Part shown: positions 55,274 through 64,000 of the stretch, one piece after another
Numbering within the stretch: the stretch's first letter is position 1
How the letters are laid out: every line of letters begins with the position of its first letter
DNA from: Eledone cirrhosa
Lineage: Eukaryota
DNA length: 64,000 nt
Reading direction: 5' to 3'
NCBI GenBank assembly: GCA_964016885.1
Contig: OZ024750.1
Location: 11,284,001-11,348,000, forward strand
The notes under the pieces: generated by a model
What the model was told of the DNA's origin: nothing
What the model saw: the letters and a program-made list of their open reading frames with translations, nothing else
Database searches by the model: none
Program-made: the position numbers and the translations under genes

Positions 55274-55786
55274 TGTGTACGTATCAATGTCTCTCTGTGT
55301 GTGTGTGTTGATAGGAAGAAGTCAGGAATGCTTATATATGAGATTGCGTGCAGACGAATGATAAAAGCAAAGTCTGACTCGGAAATAAAAGAAAGGCGGT
55401 GGGAAACGATCAATAGGAATGTATGTGGGATGGAATATTCCCAGAAGACTTCATATCTTTATCACGAAACAATGTAAAACAAATTGATTTTTACCAGAAG
55501 CAATTGACCAATTATTCGTCACCCATCCCTCGTGGGGTTGAATGAACGTACATCTTAGTCTGTAACTGGAGTACTCTATATTTAACTCTACTCTTTGAAA
55601 GTATATGTAGGCGAGCGGTTCTCTCGCTCTCTAGCATTGTTCTATTTTCACCAAATATTATCATATCGTATATGTGATACCATTACCATACACAGCTTTA
55701 TAGCATTGCTATTATATTTTTGCTGTTACATGTCTACAAGACAGTTCTTGTAACATTGTATTTGTTTATGTAATCTCGCCCCATGT

Positions 55787-56610
55787 TTGAGGTAGGGAAC
55801 CTTTTCATGTTGAAAGGCCACATTAAGTTACTTGTAATATAATAAGGTCGCATTCAAGAAACCTTATTATATATTCTTAAAATCTAAAGTATTTTGTAAA
55901 ATTCTAATTACTATGAACTAATTATATAAAAAAAAACAGAAGCAAATTAATATTAAAGCTAACTACTTTCAATGATTACCACTTTCATTGAGAACTAAAC
56001 ATTATAGACAGCATGAGTTAGTTTTAAATGGCCCTTATGATCTATTATTTTTAAATTCTGGCTGTCTATCAGTGTGGATTTGGATTGGCAGTATCGGTAG
56101 AGGGTCTTTGCAGCAAAGAGTTACATCCCATTACGAACTGAGTTCAAATCCCGCTGAGGTTAACTTTGCTTTTCATCCTTACGGGGTCCATAAAATAAAG
56201 TACCAGTAATGTACTGGTTAATTGCTGGCCTTGTGCCAAAAGTAGAAACAATTGTATCGTTGACTTTTCTTTTACTCTTTAAAATATGTTTATCTTATGG
56301 TTTAAATTATAATAATTGTTTCTACTTTTGGCACAAGGCCAGCAATTATCCCAGTGTATTACTGGTGCTTTTATCGACCCCGTAAGGATGAAAGGCAAAG
56401 TTAATCTCGACGGGATTTGAACTCAGACCGTAAAAGGACGTAACTATGCTGGAAAGCATGGCGCCCCACCCTTTACCGATACTGCCAATTCACCGCCCTA
56501 AATTGTAATAATAAGAGATAGGCAAAAACATTTTAAATTTGTTGGAAATTTGTTATTCTTTCAAAAAGCCGCACAGAATGGCATAGAAGACCGCAGGTTC
56601 CCCATCTCTG
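55787..56610. mobile_element. Probable hAT non-autonomous element interrupted by two SINE-1 copies (56082-56253 +, 56312-56498 -)
   Basis: Imperfect TIRs GAGGTAGGGAACC(TTTT..AAGGCCACATT) and GGTTCCCCATCTCTG resemble hAT CAGGG.TGGGGAACC ends. Confidence 0.5.
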
Positions 56611-57151
56611 TTCTCGACCACTTCCCAAAATAAGACCACCCGCCAGACTAACGAAAATAAAGTTGGTCTACCACAAATTCTCGCCTCTGAGTCACGTCTC
56701 AAAACATCAAACATTTTATCGCACGTTGCGTTGGTCATGTTTTCCACTCAGCCATAAACTTACAATTGTTAAGGAGGAATATCAACTCCTACTTCTAAAA
56801 TGAATCACAAAGTCAAACTAACCTCTTCCAGCCAACGAAGATATATCTTCATAGTCGTTCTATCTCGAGAGTCATAGGTTGAAAGTTTGGAATATTATCG
56901 TTAAGATAATTCACAGTTGTAACATGTATCAATTAGACGAAGAGGCGGACTGTTAGAAGACTATTCTTAATGTCGACTCCAAACTGTAATCTTCAAGACA
57001 TAAAGTATTACTAGAGAGAAAGTAATCGCCAGCCAGCCTTCATGCTTGTATCTATAATTATGGCTATAGCGTGATATTTGATTCAGCAAGCTATTACGCT
57101 AGTTCAGAAAACTAGCATCAAGTTTTTGTAAGAATCAGATATATATTTAAG

Positions 57152-57250
<99 letters not shown>

Positions 57251-57251
57251 G

Positions 57252-57300
<49 letters not shown>

Positions 57301-57382
57301 CTTACACAGATATATAAACACATATATATACTTACACACACATATAGACATATATATATGCATATACGTCCATATATATATA

Positions 57383-57420
<38 letters not shown>

Positions 57421-57424
<4 letters not shown>

Positions 57425-57605
57425 AACGAGTAGGACCCCGACGGCTGAGCTCAAACCGTTTCGACGGCTAACCAGAACTAGCCGTCGAAACGGCTTGAGC
57501 TCAGCCGTCGGGGTCCTACTCGTTCCTAATACCCACTCTACTACCCTAAGTATTGAGTACTTTGGTGCGTTATGGTCCATCTGGTTCCTTACCACATTTC
57601 CTTCG

Positions 57606-57608
<3 letters not shown>
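57421..57608 (+). mobile_element. Family B fold-back short element in (TA)n
   Basis: Near-perfect palindrome 57421-57528 plus the conserved tail. Confidence 0.88.
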
Positions 57609-57676
<68 letters not shown>

Positions 57677-57703
57677 TGTACGCACATACATACATATATA
57701 TAT

Positions 57704-57734
<31 letters not shown>

Positions 57735-57859
57735 CATACGAGTGTATGTGTGTATGATTCTATGAAATTATACAATACACATATAATTCGCGAACAAAGT
57801 AGATATCATTTAATATCAAATGATATCCACTTTCAGATATTTCTGTGCATATATTAACA

Positions 57860-57957
57860 TGTAAACCTATACATGCAGACACACAATATACGTGTGTATA
57901 TATATATATGTGTGTGTGTGTGTAAACCTATACATGCAGACACACAATATACGTGTG

Positions 57958-57988
<31 letters not shown>

Positions 57989-58207
57989 AAACCTATACAT
58001 GCAGACACACAATATACGTGTGTATATATATATGTGTGTGTGTGTGTAAACCTATACATGTAGACACACAATATACGTGTGTATATATATGTGTTTGTGT
58101 GTGTGTGTGTAAACCTATACATGCAGACACACAATATACGTGTGTATATATATATATATATGTGTGTGTGTGTAAACCTATACATGCAGACACACAATAT
58201 ACGTGTG

Positions 58208-58238
<31 letters not shown>

Positions 58239-58333
58239 AAACCTATACATGCAGACACACAATATACGTGTGTATATATATATATATGTGTGTGTGTGTA
58301 AACCTATACATGCAGACACACAATATACGTGTG

Positions 58334-58387
<54 letters not shown>

Positions 58388-58418
58388 CCTATACATGCAG
58401 ACACACAATATACGTGTG

Positions 58419-58458
<40 letters not shown>

Positions 58459-58489
58459 CCTATACATGCAGACACACAATATACGTGTG

Positions 58490-58535
<46 letters not shown>

Positions 58536-58566
58536 CCTATACATGCAGACACACAATATACGTGTG

Positions 58567-58605
<39 letters not shown>

Positions 58606-58639
58606 AAACCTATACATGCAGACACACAATATACGTGTG

Positions 58640-58676
<37 letters not shown>

Positions 58677-58710
58677 AAACCTATACATGCAGACACACAA
58701 TATACGTGTG

Positions 58711-58746
<36 letters not shown>
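57860..58746. repeat. Composite minisatellite, 13 units: constant GTAAACCTATACATGCAGACACACAATATACGTGTG plus variable (TA)n(TG)m
   Basis: Directly visible; unit length 59-85 bp. Confidence 0.95.
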
Positions 58747-58872
58747 ATTACCTTTTATTCTATATACGTATATTTTTATTCTTATTCTTATTTGTTTTTG
58801 TTGTATATATTATGTATGTACATATATATATATATGTGTGTGTGTGTGTGTATACGTGTGTGTGTGTGTTTG

Positions 58873-58918
<46 letters not shown>

Positions 58919-58920
<2 letters not shown>

Positions 58921-59110
58921 CTTTCGCTGTATTTTTTTACTAAAGAAATATTAGCCTGATAGTTGGGTTTAGAATTCTCTAAGAAATGGAAAAAATTGAG
59001 TATTGACTTAGATGGGAGTCGAACCAACATCTTTGGTTATCCAGATCAATATGTTACCATTACACCAACAGCACAGGGGTCTCGATAACCAAAGATGTGG
59101 GTTCGACTAG
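58919..59110 (-). mobile_element. Family D short element with tRNA-like head (59004-59074) and inverted 5' fragment
   Basis: Reverse complement TG-GTGT AATGGTA ACAT-A-TTGAT CTGGATA ACCAA-AGAT-GTTGG TTCGACT CCCAT gives D, anticodon and T arms but no acceptor pairing. An inverted copy lies at 59084-59108. Confidence 0.7.
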
Positions 59111-59167
59111 CTGGAAAGAATTAATCATAGCTATTCGATATAGGTTCGGTTTCGATAAACATAAAAA

Positions 59168-59491
59168 GAAGGCGCGTGGCTGTGTAGTTAGAGAATGGGA
59201 TTCGCAATCGTGAGGTTGTGAGTTCAATTCCCTGGAAAGGCGATGCCTTATGTCCTTGAGCAAGACACTTCCTTTCACGTAGCTCCTTCTGCCTGGATTT
59301 GCACCGGTAGATATTATTAACAATAGGACGGTGGATTGGCAGAATCGGTAGAGCGTCAGATACCATGCTTTGTAGCATAGATTTATGGCCCTTTAAGTTA
59401 TGCCTTTCATCCTTATAGGGTCGATAAAATAAAGTACCAGTAATGTACTAGGATAATTGCTGGACTTGTTTCAAAAGTAGAAACAATTATT
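59168..59491 (+). mobile_element. SINE-2 head (59168-59310) followed by a deleted SINE-1 (59326-59491)
   Basis: GAAGGCGCGTGGCTGTGTAGTT..TCCTTGAGCAAGACACTT, then a SINE-1 head and tail. Confidence 0.8.
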
Positions 59492-59929
59492 AGCGATTGG
59501 AAATCTCAATGGAAACATTGTTTCCTTGGTCCGATTTGATAAGCACCAGCAGACTCGTTAAGTGAGGTCGGGGATCTTATCGATCGTTCGTTAAATAAAA
59601 AAAAGACACTAGATAAGGCTATAAGGAATAGTTAACAAAAGCACTATTTAACAGAAACTTTCGTATGATGTCTAGTAAGTTCTTAATGGCGGTTCCGCAT
59701 TGCGGTTTTAAAGCAAATATAAATGTAAGTAGGCAGGCACAGAACGAATCATGATCTGGTGACATACAAGAATCTGTAATTATAGATATGGCATGATTGC
59801 TGATTTGTCTCAATGGAGGATAATACTCTTATTTAATGAGGGTTTTCCTCTAAAGTTGATAACACAATGCATTTCATACAATATCTCTGCTTTGTTTTTC
59901 TGTCCTGCATGTGTGTATGTATCTATGGT

Positions 59930-60008
<79 letters not shown>

Positions 60009-60102
60009 TATATATGTTTATATGTTTATCTCGAGTTCAATCGGGGATAACCACAGTAAGTTAGTTCTAGTCCTGTAGAAGCCATTTTATATATATATAT
60101 AC

Positions 60103-60138
<36 letters not shown>

Positions 60139-60144
60139 AAAAAT

Positions 60145-60196
60145 GGCTTCTACGGGATTAGAACTGTTTCATTCGAAAACAATCATCAGAAAAGCC
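60145..60196 (-). ncRNA. Family C hammerhead variant
   Basis: Reverse complement GGCTTTT-CTGATGA-TTG tttt CGAAT-GAAACAG ttctaatc CCGT-A-GAAGCC. Stem I differs from the 31436 copy on both strands while keeping pairing. Confidence 0.65.
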
Positions 60197-60339
60197 CTTT
60201 CCTCATGATTTCTTTCGAATGAGTCCTGTAGAAGCCATTTATATATAAAATATGATATTTACACTGTACTAATGTTTTAAGTACCTTACTTACTGAGGTT
60301 ACCCCCCATTAGAACCGGGACTCACCCACACACACACGT

Positions 60340-60389
<50 letters not shown>

Positions 60390-60391
<2 letters not shown>

Positions 60392-60658
60392 CTTTCACCG
60401 TATTTTTTTACTAAAGAAAATTTAGTCTGATAATGGGGTTTAGAACCCTCAGATAAATGGAAAAAGATGAGTATTGACGTACATGGGAGCCACATCTTTA
60501 GTTATCCAGACCATGTACGTCAATACTCATCCTTTTCCATTTATCTGAGGGTTCTAAACCCCATTATCAGACTAAAATTTCTTTAGTCTAAAAATACGGT
60601 GAAAGCTATTCTATTTTCTAATTTCAAACCTGCTCACTGTTTCAAAACATATTTACTA

Positions 60659-60660
<2 letters not shown>
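60390..60660 (+). mobile_element. Family D fold-back element in (TA)n
   Basis: Arms of about 95 bp (60392-60486 and 60511-60605) surround a tRNA-head remnant, plus a 3' tail shared with 61041-61186. Confidence 0.85.
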
Positions 60661-60689
<29 letters not shown>

Positions 60690-60691
<2 letters not shown>

Positions 60692-60820
60692 ACGGAGGAG
60701 TTGTGGTAAGGAATCAGAAGGACCATAACGCACCAGAGTACTCAATACTTAGGGTAGTAGAGTGGATAATAGGAGAAAGTATGACCCCAACGGCAGAGCT
60801 AAAGCCGTTTCGACGGCTAT

Positions 60821-60826
<6 letters not shown>
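60690..60826 (-). mobile_element. Family B element in (TA)n
   Basis: Reverse complement GAAACGGCTTTAGCTCTGCCGTTGGGGTC plus tail. Confidence 0.8.
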
Positions 60827-60871
<45 letters not shown>

Positions 60872-60875
<4 letters not shown>

Positions 60876-60992
60876 ATATAGAAGATATTCTACAGTCCTG
60901 TAGTAGGTCTTCTATATTAAAACATTTATACTCTGCTATGTATTGAGTACCTTACTTACTGTGATTACCTCCGATTCAACCCGGAATAACTT
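60872..60992 (+). mobile_element. Family C short fold-back fragment
   Basis: TTTAATATAGAAGATATTCTACAG tc CTGTAGTAGGTCTTCTATATTAAA plus the family C tail. Confidence 0.75.
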
Positions 60993-61002
60993 ACATATAT
61001 AT

Positions 61003-61036
<34 letters not shown>

Positions 61037-61040
61037 ATAT

Positions 61041-61186
61041 ACGTCAATACTCATCTTTTTCCATTTCTCCGAGGGTTCTTAACCCCACTATCAGGCTAAA
61101 TAATTGCTTTAATTTTTTAGTCAAAATACGGCGCTAGCTTACATTTCTAATAATTTCAAACCAACTCGCTGTTTCGAAAATATTCT
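61041..61186 (+). mobile_element. Family D body and tail without head, in (TA)n
   Basis: ACGTCAATACTCATCTTTTTCCATT..GAGGGTTCTTAACCCC..TCAAACCAACTCGCTGTTTCGAAAATATT. Confidence 0.8.
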
Positions 61187-61298
<112 letters not shown>

Positions 61299-61326
61299 TT
61301 ATATATATATATATATATATATAAAT

Positions 61327-61366
<40 letters not shown>

Positions 61367-61611
61367 ATATATATATATATTCTTATATATATATATTCTT
61401 ATATATATATATATAGCTAAACACTACAAGGTATTGTCTGTATATATATATATATATATACAGACAATACCTTGTAGTGTTTAGCTATGTCACTTTACGT
61501 TCTCAGTTAATATTCTGTTAGTTCCTCATCCAACACTTCTCCATTCCAAGAGAAGAGGCAGTTGGGAGTAGTTTCCAATGTCCTTCCACACAGCAATGAT
61601 GTGAAGTCAAT

Positions 61612-61829
61612 ATTAGTTTCTTATATAGGCATAAAGCCAGAAATTTTGGCGGGAGGGAAAAGTCGATTAAATTGACCCCAGTGCGTGACTGGTACTTTAT
61701 TTTATCGACCCCGTAAGGATGAAAGGCAAAGTTAACTTCGGCGGGATTTGAACTCAGATCATAAAGGGCCGTAATTCTATGCCGTGAAGCATGTTTCCGA
61801 TGCTCTACCGACACTGGCAATCCACCGCC
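61612..61829 (-). mobile_element. SINE-1, long variant
   Basis: Includes the extra GGGGTCAATTTAATCGAC segment. Confidence 0.88.
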
Positions 61830-62977
61830 GATGTGAAGACAATATTGCAAGACAGATAGATGAATGGATCTTAGTACTTTAAAACTTTACTGGTACTTTA
61901 TTTATCTACCCTGGAAGGATGAAAAACATCATCAAAGTAGAATTTAAACTCGGAATTCAACAGGTAAGAATAAATGTCACTGTAAAGATTTCATCAGTTC
62001 ACCTCAAATATTTAAGTTACATGTATTCTGCTTTACACTCTTACCAAATTTATGGTTTTATTGCAACGTAAGAAATCAATAATATTGTACCCTTTACGGG
62101 GTCGATAAAATAAAGCAACAACAATGCACTGGGATAATTGCTGGCCTTGTGCTAAAGGTAGAAACAATTATTGTACTTTTTCTTTGTAATATATATATAC
62201 TGTTCATTTTTATCTACGTTTAAACTACTTTCTCTTTCTTCTCTGACACTTGTTGAAAGAATCTTCATATTTGTCGGTACTCTACATGGAACTCAATTAG
62301 TATATCTTAGTGCTTTATCTCATTTTATATATTCTACGAGATCTTCTTGTGACAGTAGTATATTTTTACATTCTTTGTATTATCTTAAATATTCTGTTTG
62401 AACTCTTAACTGCATCAGGGATTTTTTTCCGCCTCTTAAGAGTTTATGGAAAATGATAGAAGTGATGTAAGCATTTTAAAGATTAATAGCGAAGCTTCCG
62501 CGAGTAAAATCACTACTTACATCGATATTTTATTTCGTAGTGCAAACATCCTTGTGCAATTACAATACATCCTTTCATTGCATAACTTAACAGAAAGTAA
62601 ATATATTTTATACAAATATATAAATAATGAGAGAATAGTTTTCTTCTCCGAAGGGTTTCGGCTATGATTTACATACTCTAAATATATATATATCTTTTTT
62701 TATTTTTTTTATTTATATCATATTATTGACTTTAAGCTCCGGGAAAAGCAAATATTACAAATGCGTATTCATGCAGATGAGGACATACACCCCACTTACA
62801 TGTGTGTGTGTGTGTCTGTGTGCGCGCGTGTGTGTGTGTGTGTGCACCTGTGTGTATGTGAGTGTGTGTATGTGAGTGTGTGTCAGGAAGGGCGTGTATC
62901 TGTGTATGTGTAAATGCAAATAAATATATATTTTCGGTGATGTTTACTATTAACAAACTGCTTCCTGCGCATATATG

Positions 62978-63011
<34 letters not shown>

Positions 63012-63170
63012 AGTGTGTGTCTGTGTGTGTAAGTGAGTGTGTGTGAGTGTGTGTGTGTGTGTGCGTGAGTGCGTGTGTCAGGAAGGGCATGTGTCTTTGT
63101 GTATGTGTAAATGGAAATAAATATATATTTTCGGTGATGTTTAGTGTTGACAAACTGCTTCTTCCTGCGC

Positions 63171-63222
<52 letters not shown>

Positions 63223-63698
63223 TGTGTGTGTGTGTGTATGTATGAATGTTTATATGTGTGTATGCGTGTAGGTGTGTTTACGTACTTGTATTTGTGAATG
63301 CGTATTAATGCTCAACTAAGATAAACATATGTTTAAAGTTACGTAAATACAAGCACGCGTAAAAGAAAATATGCGCGTGTCTTAGAGTCTGTTAGATGAG
63401 ACGATAGAATAAAGGTAAGTTTACCAAGAATTGATATTTTGTTTTCCTTTGTAAAAGAATATCTTATTTTCCCTAACACTATCCTTACTAATGCAAACAC
63501 CTCTACCGCCAACACAAATATACCCTATATCTTTACTTCATTCATCAACTAATATGAACTATTTTGACTTGCTTCATTTCTTGCCATAGATTTAGACGTG
63601 GGATAATATAGTCTGCTAATGTTATTGGGCTTCTTTTAAGTATTTATATACCCTTTCTCCATTGCGAACTCTAACGGTAAAACTATTTTTACTTAGAC

Positions 63699-63801
<103 letters not shown>

Positions 63802-63884
63802 TTATTTTTATTTTCACTTGTTCTCCTTCCCCCTTTTTTCTAAATGTATTTCCACACACCCTCGGAACTCTCTTCCTAACCTAT

Positions 63885-63920
63885 TTATCCTGAAGAAGGG
63901 CTTATGTCCGAAACGTCGTG
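63885..63920 (+). ncRNA. Minimal hammerhead core (family J), stem I degenerate
   Basis: CTGAAGA-A-GGGC ttat GTCC-GAAACGTC has a PLE-style minimal core with palindromic ACGT stem III; flanks pair poorly. Confidence 0.55.
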
Positions 63921-64000
63921 CCCCCGCCCCTACCCCACCCACTCCACTCTCAAGTGCGTGAACCTAATAAACCTTTATTTATCTGTCTCTCTGTTTTGTT

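Noticed and set aside
57860-58746. CRISPR-like repeat-spacer array
   Set aside because: Spacers are (TA)n(TG)m rather than unique sequences, there are no cas genes, and the context is eukaryotic.
59004-59074. Functional tRNA gene (apparent GGA anticodon)
   Set aside because: The acceptor stem does not pair and the sequence is part of a repeated element. SINE-1 and SINE-2 heads are likewise not tRNA genes.

Overview
AT-rich, microsatellite-saturated eukaryotic non-coding DNA (intergenic or deep intronic). The repeat content resembles an octopod cephalopod genome, from recollection rather than a database search. No intact host gene or convincing exon was found, and almost all supplied ORFs are translated microsatellites. 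Identifiable content: more than 25 copies of a tRNA-headed SINE, including a head-to-tail array at about 28.1-29.0 kb; a second CORE-type SINE; decayed non-LTR retrotransposon fragments (R4/Dong and CRE-like restriction-endonuclease C-termini, RTE); a Tc1/IS630-like transposase relic; mariner, piggyBac and hAT MITEs; and several mini/microsatellites. The most notable signal is about 8-10 unrelated short non-coding element families that sit inside (TA)n tracts and are often fold-back palindromes. Most carry a hand-foldable hammerhead ribozyme (HHR) at or near the inversion point, several with non-canonical features: a CAGAAGA core, a U.U pair closing stem II, or a ~95-nt stem II. Several families share a YYGAGTNCTC-like motif 35-45 nt from their 3' end, and one family has a tRNA-like head where the others have an HHR. 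This is best explained as termini or non-autonomous derivatives of (TA)n-targeting Penelope-like elements. That is an inference, since no PLE ORF lies in the window. All folds were done by eye and boundaries are approximate.
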